From contig CAWJSK010000013.1 in NCBI GenBank assembly GCA_963845535.1, positions 128,001 to 192,000 of the forward strand: a DNA stretch of 64,000 nucleotides, read 5' to 3'. Under the pieces are notes generated by a model. It did not search any database. It had not been told where the DNA came from and saw nothing but the letters and a program-made list of their open reading frames with translations. This document shows, piece after piece, positions 1 to 8,564 of this stretch. A program made the translations under genes and the position numbers. Numbering within the stretch: the stretch's first letter is position 1; every line of letters begins with the position of its first letter. The DNA is from an uncultured Spirochaetota bacterium. GTDB taxonomy: Bacteria > Spirochaetota > Spirochaetia > SZUA-6 > Fen-1364.

Positions 1-1292
1 GCCACGACATTGTCCTGCCAGTTCTGGAGCATCTGCATCATGTCCTCGTCACCGGCAAGGAACTTCTTGATCTCGTTTTCCTGGCTGGAGGACACGTAGT
101 CCATGATTGGCAGCGCCGTGAAGGCGGTCTTCACCTGTTTCATTGCCTCCACGCTGACGGGAGTGATCTTCTGGCCTCCGAAGTACGGATACTCGATGTT
201 CGCAAGGCTTGGCGCCACCTGGTCCGTGAATACCTTGGACCAGAGGATGGGGAGCTGGCTCTTGTCATGGAGCTGGACGAGCGAGTCCTTCTGCGAGTTG
301 AGCCAGAGGACGAAGAGCGACGCCGCTTCAGCGTTCTTTGACTGGCTGCCCACGTAGAAACCTGATCCGCCCATCTCGCCGTTCTGCGGGTCGGAGAGGC
401 TCCACTGCGGCACGAGCGCCACTCTCCATTTGCCGCTGGATGTCGTGCTGTTCAGCTGCAGCCATTCGGGGAACCAACCCCCGGAAACCACCGTTGCCGA
501 ACCTCCGTCATCCAGCTCTTTGTACCAGTCCGCGTTCCACCACATGTCCGCGTTGACGAGCTTGTCCTTGATGAGCCTTCCCCAGAAGTTGAAGACCTTG
601 ACCGCGGTCGGGTTCGTGAAATCGATGTACCACTTTCCGTTGGCAAAATCGAACAGCTTGCCGCCCGCCTGCCAGACAAGCCCCAGCGGCCCGAGGATCC
701 AGTTCTGCGGGAAGCTCAGCATCGTGATCTTCGGGTTGGCGGCATGAAGCTTCGCGGCCTGCTTTGCGAAATCCGCCCACGTCCTGGGAACGGTCAGGCC
801 GTACCTGTCGAAGACGTCCTTGCGATACACCATGGTGGAGGCGCCGCTGTCCTGCGGAGTGCCGTAGATCTTCCCGTCCATGGCCGTCCATTTCAGCGTG
901 ACCGCCGGATAGTACTTCAGGTAAACGGACTCCGGCACCCAGGTGTTCATGGCCTGGAAGCTTCCATATTCCATGAACTGCGGCGCATAGGTGTACTCGC
1001 TCATGACGACGTCGGGCAGCCCGCTCCCCGCGGACGTTGCGGTCAGGACTTTGGCGTACTCGTTGCCTCCGTTGCCCGCGTTGGTCCACTTGACCGTGAT
1101 ATTCGGGTATGCTTTCTGGAACAGATCGATAGAGTAGTTCTCGTTGCTCGTCCATGCCCACATGGTAATTTCAGCAGGTTGCCCTTTGTACTCCGGATAT
1201 CCTCCGGGACCTTGGGCGAAAAGAGGCAACGCAGTGAGAGCCGGGACAAACAGCGCTGCCAGGACCAAGAAGCCCTTTCGGGGAAGCTTCAT
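1..1292 (-). CDS. Sugar ABC transporter substrate-binding protein (family 1), 3' end runs off the window
   Basis: Absent from the ORF track because there is no stop in the window. Manual translation from ATG 1292 (AGGAGGT RBS upstream) gives MKLPRKGFLVLAALF..EITMWAW..FQKAYPNITVKW..GLPDVVM..DGKIYGTPQD..YRKDVFDRYGL..PRTWADF..GGSGFYV, open to position 1. Confidence 0.9.
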   Translation of the reverse strand, partial: MKLPRKGFLVLAALFVPALTALPLFAQGPGGYPEYKGQPAEITMWAWTSNENYSIDLFQKAYPNITVKWTNAGNGGNEYAKVLTATSAGSGLPDVVMSEYTYAPQFMEYGSFQAMNTWVPESVYLKYYPAVTLKWTAMDGKIYGTPQDSGASTMVYRKDVFDRYGLTVPRTWADFAKQAAKLHAANPKITMLSFPQNWILGPLGLVWQAGGKLFDFANGKWYIDFTNPTAVKVFNFWGRLIKDKLVNADMWWNADWYKELDDGGSATVVSGGWFPEWLQLNSTTSSGKWRVALVPQWSLSDPQNGEMGGSGFYVGSQSKNAEAASLFVLWLNSQKDSLVQLHDKSQLPILWSKVFTDQVAPSLANIEYPYFGGQKITPVSVEAMKQVKTAFTALPIMDYVSSSQENEIKKFLAGDEDMMQMLQNWQDNVV

Positions 1293-1356
1293 ATCACACC
1301 TCCTGTGACATCATTTGGCCAAAGCCAAGCCATATCAACCTTCTCCACCCGCGACC

Positions 1357-1398
1357 ATTCTACCAGTTTTGTCAAGCCAATTTCATGGTATGTATCAT
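1357..1398 (-). promoter_or_regulatory. Putative extended -10 promoter (TGnTAGAAT) for the SBP gene, with adjacent imperfect palindrome ATGGTATGTATCAT (GntR-like operator candidate)
   Basis: Minus-strand TGGTAGAAT ending at 1357; palindrome at 1385-1398 next to the -35 position. Confidence 0.35.
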
Positions 1399-1409
1399 AA
1401 TAACTGATT

Positions 1410-2078
1410 TTAAATCAAAAGGATACGAAGAATCCATTCCCTCACGTCGGTGATCTCCTGCTGGCTGACGCCGTGCTGCATCTGGTACGTGTGCCAGGCC
1501 ACCTCGTGTCCCCTTTGCAGTAACGCGTCCCGAGCGGCTTCTCCCAAGCCGAACGGTACTACCGGGTCAAACGTGCCGTGAGCCATGAAGACGGGGAGAG
1601 CCGAGTTGGCGGGGGAGGCTTCCTCGGAAAGCGTTGCGGGAAGAGGGAGGTAGCATGACATTGCGATCAACCCGCCAAGGCGCTCGGGCCAGCGCAACGC
1701 TGTGAAAAGGGCCATGGCTCCGCCTTGGGAGAAGCCCGCAAGGATGATCTTTCCGGCAGGGATCCCCTGATCAAGCTCGCGCTGGATGAACGTGCCGATT
1801 AACCGGGCGGATTCGCGGATGCCCGCTTCGTCTTCAGGGGCATTTTGATCGATTGCCATGATGTCGTACCACGCGCGCATGGAAACCCCGCCGTTGATCG
1901 TGACAGGGCGAACCGGTGCATGCGGAAAGATCCACCGGAGGGACGGAGACGCGGGCATGCGCAGCTCCGGCACCAAAGACTCGAAGTCGTGGCCATCCGC
2001 GCCGAGGCCGTGCATGAGAATGACGGCTGCCTCCGCGCGCCCGCGCGGCGTAATGATTACTGCATCTTTCTCTGTCAT
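1410..2078 (-). CDS. Phospholipase/carboxylesterase (alpha/beta hydrolase 2 family)
   Basis: HGLGADG, FPHAPVRPVTINGG..MRAWYDI, GFSQGG nucleophile elbow, HGTFDPVV, catalytic His in QHGV. Confidence 0.93.
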   Translation of the reverse strand: MTEKDAVIITPRGRAEAAVILMHGLGADGHDFESLVPELRMPASPSLRWIFPHAPVRPVTINGGVSMRAWYDIMAIDQNAPEDEAGIRESARLIGTFIQRELDQGIPAGKIILAGFSQGGAMALFTALRWPERLGGLIAMSCYLPLPATLSEEASPANSALPVFMAHGTFDPVVPFGLGEAARDALLQRGHEVAWHTYQMQHGVSQQEITDVREWILRILLI

Positions 2079-4618
2079 GCCCCCGGCGAACCCTCCAGCG
2101 CGACAAGGATCTTCTCATATTCGAAGCCGCCGACGAGCGCGGAAAGCGCCGCCGCCGCGGCCGGGTTTATTGCCTGGATCTCGGTTATCATCCTCTGCAG
2201 CTTGGAGTAGTCAGCCTCCACGGTGGCCTTGCGGAACTCCTCCCGCCAGGGAGCGGGCAGGGGAGAGAGGAGCTCGACCGTCACTTCCGGGGAAGGGCTG
2301 GCGCTCTTCTTTGCCTCCTCCTCTTCCTCTGTGATAAACCTGACGCCGAGGTGCTTCTCCAGCTTCTCGTAGATTTCCTCTTCCACGAACGGTTTTCTCA
2401 CGAAGTCATCACAACCTTCCGAGAGGATGAGCCGGCGGTCGCTCTCGAAAGCGCTTGCCGTCAGGGCAATGATCACGGTGGCCTGGCCGTGGACGCTGGA
2501 CTTGATCCTTCGGGTGGCTTCATAGCCGTCCATGACCGGCATGCGCATGTCCATCCAGATGAGCTGCGGCTGCCATTCCTCCCATAGCGCAACGCATTCC
2601 GCCCCGTTCCTGACTCCTCGGACGTCGAAACCCAGCGGCGAAAGGAGCTTGATGAGAAGCTCACGGTTTGAGTCCCTGTCCTCCGCGATGAGGAGCTTGT
2701 ATCTGGGCTGACCGGGGGCAAGACTGACGACCCGCCGCCGCGGCCGGACCGGCGCCACCTTGCTTGCGTCCGCCAGCTCGGCGCGGACGTCGAAGGCGAA
2801 CAGGCTCCCCTTGCCCTGTTCGCTTTTGACGGTGATCTTCCCGCCCAGAAGCGTCACGTAGTTCTTGCTGATGGCGAGGCCGAGGCCCGTCCCCTCCTGG
2901 GACACCGAGGCGCTGCGCGATTGCACGAACGGCTCGAACAGGGACCCTGCCTCCTCATCCGCTATTCCGACCCCTGAGTCCTCCACCTCGAAAAGGAGGC
3001 GGAGGCCTCCCGCTGCTTCGGGCCGGGAGCGCACGCGCAAGGTGGCCCCGCCCCTGTCCGTGAACTTGATGGCGTTCCCCAGGAGGTTCACGAGGACCTG
3101 GCGCAGCTTTCCTTCGTCCGTGGAGACGTGGCGCGGGACGTCGGGAGCGATATCCACAATGAGCGTCAGCCCTTTTTCCTGGGCCTTGAGCCGGAACATC
3201 TCCTCAAGCGCCACAAGGGTTTCCTTCAGGTCGAACGGAGCGGGGTTCAGCTCGGTGCGGCCCGCCTCGATTTTGGACATGTCCAGGATGTCGTTGATAA
3301 GCGACAGGAGGTGTGTCCCGCTGCGGGATATGGTCTGGACGTTCTCCTTCTGGTCAGGGTCAAGGTTGGTCCCCCGGCCCAGGAGCTGTGCGAAGCCGAG
3401 AATGGCATTCAGCGGGGTGCGCAGCTCATGGCTCATGTTGGCAAGAAACGCGCTCTTGGCCCGGTTTGCCGTCACGGCGGCTTCCTTCTCTATCCGCAGG
3501 CGGCCGGACTCCCGAAGGCTTGCGATCATGCCGTTGAAGTTCTCCGTGAGGTCCCCGATTTCGTCCGTGTCCCGGACCGGCGTCACGTGGGAGAAGTCCC
3601 CGCGTGCCGTCAGCATGACGTTGCGCTGCAGCTCCTTGAGCGGAACCACGATGCCCAGCGTGGACCACTTGGAGATGAGGACCAGGAGGACAAGCGTTAT
3701 CACGAACGCCGTTGATACGCCTCCGAAGAAAAGCAAGGTGTCCGCCGCGGTGAGATACGGCACCTCCAGGGGGCCGATGTTCGGGATCACGCCTCGCTCG
3801 GCCAGCGTGTGGTAGAGCGGGGCAAAGTCTCCCAGGAGGACGTTCCTCTGGTCTGCGGGGAGAGCGTTCAGGTCCGCCGTGGAGCGGAACGCGAACAAGT
3901 AGAGAATGACCAGGCAGATGGGGAGAAGCGCTGTGATGACCTTGGAAAGGCTCATCTGGACGAGGATGGTCTTGTGGCGCAGCTTGCGGGAGGCTTGCAC
4001 GAAACCCGGCCTTGTGAAAATGAACGGTGAATAGATGATCCTGATCCTGTGGTTCTGCCAGTAGTAGACGAAAAACGAGATGAGGAGGACCACCACCACG
4101 TAGAAAGGAATGCTCCGCAGCGCAAGGCGCTGATCGTACACGTTCGCTGCCATCATGGCGATGGTCCGGGCGGAGACGTCGGAGGCCGCCGCAACGAAGG
4201 ACAAGGTGCCCGTGGTGACCGCGGAACGAAGGGCAATGTTCTCCGCGCCTTCCTGGAGCCTCTCAGGGACTTTTTTCCCGCGCCGGCGCTTGGCAAGAAG
4301 CACATTCAGCGGCATATGGACACCGAGGATCGCAACGATGGACAACACCGTGATAATGCGGCACAGGCGCACGAACGGGCTCACCGCAGGGGGCATGTGC
4401 ATGGTGAATGCGACGAAGGACCTGACGGAAAGCTCGAATGCCAGGGGCGTCAGGCTTCCGCCGGTCTGGGCGGCCATGCCCGCCAGCGCCGCGCTCTTCC
4501 ACCAGACGAAAATCATCAGGAAAACGGTGAGCAGCACGTACAGGATGATGCCCGCGAGCACGACCCGGAACATGGAGAAATGAGGGACGCGGGGGGCGGC
4601 GTCTGCGGCTTGGGACAC
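2075..4618 (-). CDS. Membrane hybrid sensor histidine kinase (multi-TM, HAMP, HisKA, HATPase, REC)
   Basis: HAMP (DEIGDLTENFN), FLANMSHELRTPLNAI, NLLGNAIKFT, DSGVGI, GTGLGLAI, receiver LIWMDMRMPVMDG..KPF. Confidence 0.93.
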   Translation of the reverse strand: MSQAADAAPRVPHFSMFRVVLAGIILYVLLTVFLMIFVWWKSAALAGMAAQTGGSLTPLAFELSVRSFVAFTMHMPPAVSPFVRLCRIITVLSIVAILGVHMPLNVLLAKRRRGKKVPERLQEGAENIALRSAVTTGTLSFVAAASDVSARTIAMMAANVYDQRLALRSIPFYVVVVLLISFFVYYWQNHRIRIIYSPFIFTRPGFVQASRKLRHKTILVQMSLSKVITALLPICLVILYLFAFRSTADLNALPADQRNVLLGDFAPLYHTLAERGVIPNIGPLEVPYLTAADTLLFFGGVSTAFVITLVLLVLISKWSTLGIVVPLKELQRNVMLTARGDFSHVTPVRDTDEIGDLTENFNGMIASLRESGRLRIEKEAAVTANRAKSAFLANMSHELRTPLNAILGFAQLLGRGTNLDPDQKENVQTISRSGTHLLSLINDILDMSKIEAGRTELNPAPFDLKETLVALEEMFRLKAQEKGLTLIVDIAPDVPRHVSTDEGKLRQVLVNLLGNAIKFTDRGGATLRVRSRPEAAGGLRLLFEVEDSGVGIADEEAGSLFEPFVQSRSASVSQEGTGLGLAISKNYVTLLGGKITVKSEQGKGSLFAFDVRAELADASKVAPVRPRRRVVSLAPGQPRYKLLIAEDRDSNRELLIKLLSPLGFDVRGVRNGAECVALWEEWQPQLIWMDMRMPVMDGYEATRRIKSSVHGQATVIIALTASAFESDRRLILSEGCDDFVRKPFVEEEIYEKLEKHLGVRFITEEEEEAKKSASPSPEVTVELLSPLPAPWREEFRKATVEADYSKLQRMITEIQAINPAAAAALSALVGGFEYEKILVALEGSPGA

Positions 4619-4667
4619 AGGGATTTCCTCTTCGTGGGTACTGATGCCGGATAGTAATCCGTGTGCT

Positions 4668-4697
4668 TTGACAAGCGCAAGGAGACAAGGCTATGAT
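4668..4697 (+). promoter_or_regulatory. Putative sigma70 promoter of the HD-GYP regulator
   Basis: TTGACA (4668-4673)-N18-TATGAT (4692-4697), 17 nt before the ATG. Confidence 0.55.
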
Positions 4698-4714
4698 GCC
4701 TCGGAGAAAAACCC

Positions 4715-5836
4715 ATGCCACAAGCTGCATCCGCGTCTCCTGCCTCCCCGGCGCGGGGAAGCATCCTCGTGGTGGATGACACCGCGGCAAACCTCACGCT
4801 CCTGTCCCGCATGCTCGGGGAGCGCGGGTACCGGGTCAGGCCGGTGCCGTCGGGCAGACTTGCCTTGAAGGCCGCGGCCAGCGACCCTCCTGACCTGATC
4901 CTTCTGGACATCAGCATGCCGGAGATGGACGGCTTCGAGGTGTGCCGGCAGTTGAAAGAAGATCCCCGCCTGCGCGACATCCCGGTGATCTTCATCAGCG
5001 CGCTCACGGAAACCGAGGGCAAGGTGAAGGCGTTCCGCCGCGGAGGCGTGGACTACGTCACCAAGCCGTTCCAGATCGAGGAGGTGGAGGCGCGGGTGGA
5101 AACCCACCTGCGCCTGCGCAACGCCCAGGCTGAGCTTGCCCGTTACAATCGCTATCTCGAGCAGCTGGTGGAAGAGAAGGTCAAGGAGATATCGGAGAGC
5201 CAGCTCGCCACCATTTTTGCCATGGTGAAGCTCGCGGAGTCCCGTGATGATGAGACGGGGACGCACATCTGGCGCGTTCGGGAGTACTGCCTTGCCCTTG
5301 CCAATCAGCTTCGGGACAAGGCTGACTTTGCCCCGGTCCTCACGGATCCGTTCGTGCGTGACCTTTACAACGCGGCGCCGCTGCACGACATCGGCAAGGT
5401 GGGCATCCCGGACTCCATTCTCCTGAAGCCCGAACGCCACACCCCGGAAGAGTTCGAGGTCATGAAGACCCACACCACCATTGGCGCTCGAACGCTGCAG
5501 GGCGTCGGTGAGAACTACCCTCGAAACAGCTTCATCACCATGGGGGCGCAGGTCGCGCACTCGCATCACGAGCGCTGGGACGGAAGCGGGTACCCGCGCG
5601 GCCTGGCCGGTGATGCAATCCCCCTTGCCGCGCAGATCATGTCCGTGGCGGACGTCTATGACGCCCTGCGCACCGCGCGCAGATACAAGCCGGCGTTCGA
5701 CCATGCGGCAAGCGTGAAGATCATGACTGTGGGGGACGGAAGGACCAACCCGTCTCACTTCGACCCGCGCATCCTCTCGGTTTTTGCAGGGATGGCCGCA
5801 GAGTTCGACTCCATCTACGACAGGCTCAAGGGGTAG
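4715..5836 (+). CDS. Response regulator with HD-GYP c-di-GMP phosphodiesterase domain (RpfG-like)
   Basis: REC (ILVVDD..LILLDISMPEMDG..KPF), LHDIGKVGIPD, HHERWDGSGYP, ADVYDAL. Confidence 0.93.
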   Translation: MPQAASASPASPARGSILVVDDTAANLTLLSRMLGERGYRVRPVPSGRLALKAAASDPPDLILLDISMPEMDGFEVCRQLKEDPRLRDIPVIFISALTETEGKVKAFRRGGVDYVTKPFQIEEVEARVETHLRLRNAQAELARYNRYLEQLVEEKVKEISESQLATIFAMVKLAESRDDETGTHIWRVREYCLALANQLRDKADFAPVLTDPFVRDLYNAAPLHDIGKVGIPDSILLKPERHTPEEFEVMKTHTTIGARTLQGVGENYPRNSFITMGAQVAHSHHERWDGSGYPRGLAGDAIPLAAQIMSVADVYDALRTARRYKPAFDHAASVKIMTVGDGRTNPSHFDPRILSVFAGMAAEFDSIYDRLKG

Positions 5837-5848
5837 TGCAAGTTACCG

Positions 5849-5988
5849 GTGAAGGCACGCCTCACACCTATCAGAAACGCATTTTCCCCAAGTTGCTCGT
5901 GAAGGCACGCCTCACACCTATCGAAAACGCATTTTCCCCAAGTTGCTTGGGAAATTTGCGTTTTCGATAGGTCCGGGGGGGTGCGTTC
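5849..5988. repeat. 50-bp-period tandem duplication whose second copy forms the left arm of a long imperfect palindrome
   Basis: 5849-5897 and 5899-5947 differ at 2 positions. ACCTATCGAAAACGCA (5916-5931) is the exact reverse complement of 5957-5972; inner stem CCCAAG/CTTGGG. Confidence 0.85.
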
Positions 5989-6043
5989 CGGAAATTTTCC
6001 TATCAGGCTGCCATTGCGGCCTTGCCCGGCCCTGGCGCGGGCA

Positions 6044-6260
6044 CTACTCCCTCTGCACCACGGTGAACCTGCACGCGCTCGAGCGCCCATGCTCGTCCGT
6101 TGCCCGAAGCACCCACGTGCCCGGCTGGGCTTTCCAGAAGAATGCCTTCTTGGCGGCGCTTTGACCGACAAAAGACTCGTTGGGCCGGGGCTTGTCCTGC
6201 AGGATCCTCACCACGAGGTACGCCGCCTGGGGGCTGAGCAGGGAGGCCTTTGAGAGCGCC
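6044..6260 (-). pseudogene. pbpC: Probable internally deleted remnant of penicillin-binding protein 1C
   Basis: LLSPQAAYLVVRILQDKPRP resembles the PBP1C segment preceding KTG and is fused directly to NESFVGQS..FFWKAQPGTWVLRATDEHGRSS..FTV, which resembles the PBP1C C-terminal domain. Recognised by eye; the 5' boundary is approximate. Confidence 0.55.
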
Positions 6261-6423
6261 GCCGCGGGCGCTCGGTCGCGGGCTGCCGTGGGAGCGCCCG
6301 CGCGCGCCTTTTTCTGCGACTCATTCCGTGATGCGGCAGCAGCGTCCAACGGACATTCTTTTGCGCACGATATATCACGGGACGCGCCTTGCGCGCAATC
6401 ACGGACATGTGCAACGATCAGGC

Positions 6424-7230
6424 ATGAAATCGATTCGGGAAGCGTTGGATTTCACGGGGAAAGCGGTCCTGGTGACGGGGGCGTCGGGCGTGCTCGGCGC
6501 GGGCATCGCGCGCGTCTTCGCGGAGGCCGGGGCCGCCCTGTTTCTCGGCTGCCGCGCGGAGCAAGGAAAGGCGGAGGCGCTTCGTCGGACCCTTCCTCAT
6601 CCCGAGCGTCACTTCTGCCTTCCCGCGGACGGCGCGGATGAGCAATCCGTTGCCGCGTGCATGGAGCGGATCGCTGACGCCATGGGCCGCGGCAGGCTCG
6701 TCTTTTCCACGCTCATCAACAATGCGGGCGTCTATCCCGTGGCGGCGCTTTCCGAGCTGGATGGCGAGCGCTGGCGCGCAGTCCTGGATGCAAACCTGAC
6801 GGCCACTCACTTTTTCACTCGCGCGGCATCACGGCTCATGGGACGGGGAGGGGCCATCGTCAACATCGCCTCAACGGAAGCTCACCGGCCTGTCCACGGC
6901 CACGCGCATTACGCCGCGGCAAAAGCCGCGGTGCTTCACTACACGCGGGCAAGCGCCCTGGAGCTGGCGGCAAAGGGCATCAGGGTCAACTCGGTCTCCC
7001 CGGGCCTCATCCAACGTGAAGGCCTGGAGCGGGGGTGGCCGTCCGGATACAAGCGGTTCGTCGCCGCGGCGCCCCTGGGGCGGACGGGGATGCCGGAAGA
7101 GATCGGCGCGGCGTGCCTTTTCCTGGCATCCGACGCCGCGGCCTGGATCACGGGGATCGATCTGCTCATGGATGGCGGGGTGAGCCTGGCGTGCGCCCAG
7201 GACCCACTCATTCCCGTGTCAGCGCAGTGA
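6424..7230 (+). CDS. SDR family NAD(P)-dependent oxidoreductase (FabG-like)
   Basis: VLVTGASGVLGAGIA, LINNAG, IVNIAS, YAAAK, RVNSVSPG; start moved to ATG 6424. Confidence 0.9.
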   Translation: MKSIREALDFTGKAVLVTGASGVLGAGIARVFAEAGAALFLGCRAEQGKAEALRRTLPHPERHFCLPADGADEQSVAACMERIADAMGRGRLVFSTLINNAGVYPVAALSELDGERWRAVLDANLTATHFFTRAASRLMGRGGAIVNIASTEAHRPVHGHAHYAAAKAAVLHYTRASALELAAKGIRVNSVSPGLIQREGLERGWPSGYKRFVAAAPLGRTGMPEEIGAACLFLASDAAAWITGIDLLMDGGVSLACAQDPLIPVSAQ

Positions 7231-7675
7231 TGATGTCGGCCTGATCGGGATACCGGGAGAGCAGCTCCGCCCTGGCGCATACACGGAAGTCCTCCGGGGA
7301 GAAAGCCGGCGCCATTGTCGTTCCCAGGAGCGCGTATTCGCCGCCGGGAAGGACGCGGGAACCCTGCACCGCGCCTCCCGGGGCCACCGCCTGGGGCGTT
7401 TCCCCGTCCTCCACGTGACTTCCAAGGATGACGGTCTGGTGGCTGCCGTCCGGGTGGAGCAGGTGAAGCTCGGCGGGGTCACCGGCGTAGAAATGGTAGA
7501 TCTCGTCCGTGCTCAGGACGTGAAAGGCCGAAAAGCCCGGCCCTTCCGCGGTCAACAGGAAGAAGATGGCGGAACCGTGGGCGGAGGTCCACGTCACCCG
7601 GTAACGGCCGCCTTCCTCCGGCAGCGGCTGGAGGTCGAGCAATCGGATGATATCGGAAGGGGAAGGCCGGCCCAT
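7208..7675 (-). CDS. Cupin_5 / DUF985 family protein
   Basis: LDLQPLPEEGGRY..SAIFFLL..FSAFH..DEIYHFYAGDP..PQAVAPGG..YALLGTTMAPAFSPEDF; start moved to ATG 7675, 6 nt after the PNP stop. Confidence 0.85.
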   Translation of the reverse strand: MGRPSPSDIIRLLDLQPLPEEGGRYRVTWTSAHGSAIFFLLTAEGPGFSAFHVLSTDEIYHFYAGDPAELHLLHPDGSHQTVILGSHVEDGETPQAVAPGGAVQGSRVLPGGEYALLGTTMAPAFSPEDFRVCARAELLSRYPDQADIITALTRE

Positions 7676-7680
7676 GACCC

Positions 7681-8502
7681 TTATGCCTGCTTTCCCCGGA
7701 GGATCCCGCTGAGCAGGGAAGAAAGAGTTGGGCCCTTCTCCTGTGAGATCGAAATGACTTCCGAAGCGGTGATGGGTTGGGGCAGGATGCCGGCGGCCAT
7801 GTTGGCAATGAGGGATATCCCCATGATGCGCATCCCGCATTGCGCGCCGGCAATTGCTTCCGGCACGGTCGACATTCCCACCGCGTCAGCTCCCAGAGCG
7901 CGCGCCATGCGGATCTCCGCGGACGTCTCGAAGCTGGGGCCGTTGAACCACGCGTAGACGCCCTGATGAATGGTGATCCCGAGCTTCGTCGCCGCGCCAA
8001 CGGCAAGCGCCCGCAGCGCGGCGTCGTACACGTTCGACATGTCCGGGAACCGGGGACCGAATGACGGGCTCTCCTGGCCCATCAGTGGGTTCTCGCCGGC
8101 AAGGTTGATGTGGTCAGAGATGAGCATGAGATCCCCGGGCGCATATGACAGGTTCACGCCGCCGGCCGCGTTTGTGAGAACGAGGATGCGCGCCCCCAGC
8201 GCGTGGAGCACCCGCGGGGCAAAACACAGCATAGCGGAGGAGTAGCCTTCGTAGAAATGGAAGCGGCCCTGCATGACGATCACTCTTCGTCCGCCAAGCG
8301 TGCCCGCCACAAGGCGGCCTGCATGCCCGGGCGCGGTCGAAACGGGAAAGTGGGGAATGTCGGCGTACGGGATTGCAACGGCTTCCTGCAGCTCATCCTC
8401 AATGCCTCCAAGGCCTGATCCGAGGACAAGCGCAATCTCAGGCGGCGCGTCAATCCTCGAGCGGACGTAATCAGCGGCCCTGGCTTCCGGCCTCTGTTTC
8501 AC
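7681..8502 (-). CDS. punA: Purine nucleoside phosphorylase (trimeric PNP-I family)
   Basis: LGSGLG, PGHAG, GRFHFYEG, TNAAGG, DHIN, GPSFETSAE, VGMSTVPE, NMAAG. Confidence 0.95.
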   Translation of the reverse strand: MKQRPEARAADYVRSRIDAPPEIALVLGSGLGGIEDELQEAVAIPYADIPHFPVSTAPGHAGRLVAGTLGGRRVIVMQGRFHFYEGYSSAMLCFAPRVLHALGARILVLTNAAGGVNLSYAPGDLMLISDHINLAGENPLMGQESPSFGPRFPDMSNVYDAALRALAVGAATKLGITIHQGVYAWFNGPSFETSAEIRMARALGADAVGMSTVPEAIAGAQCGMRIMGISLIANMAAGILPQPITASEVISISQEKGPTLSSLLSGILRGKQA

Positions 8503-8528
8503 GGTGGTTGCCTCGCGTCGTGCGAAAG

Positions 8529-8550
8529 GGCGGGGGAGCAGCCCCCCGCC
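8529..8550 (-). terminator. GC-rich stem-loop after the BMP gene (stabiliser or partial terminator)
   Basis: GGCGGGGG/CCCCCGCC stem; only a short T run on the minus strand. Confidence 0.4.
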
Positions 8551-8564
8551 TGATCACACAAACG

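Noticed and set aside
103..1400. Short ORFs listed in the track at the window start
   Set aside because: All overlap the real minus-strand SBP gene (1-1292) that the track missed.
5849..5947. CRISPR array or integron attC site
   Set aside because: Two abutting units with no spacer and no cas genes; no RYYYAAC/GTTRRRY ends and no integron integrase.
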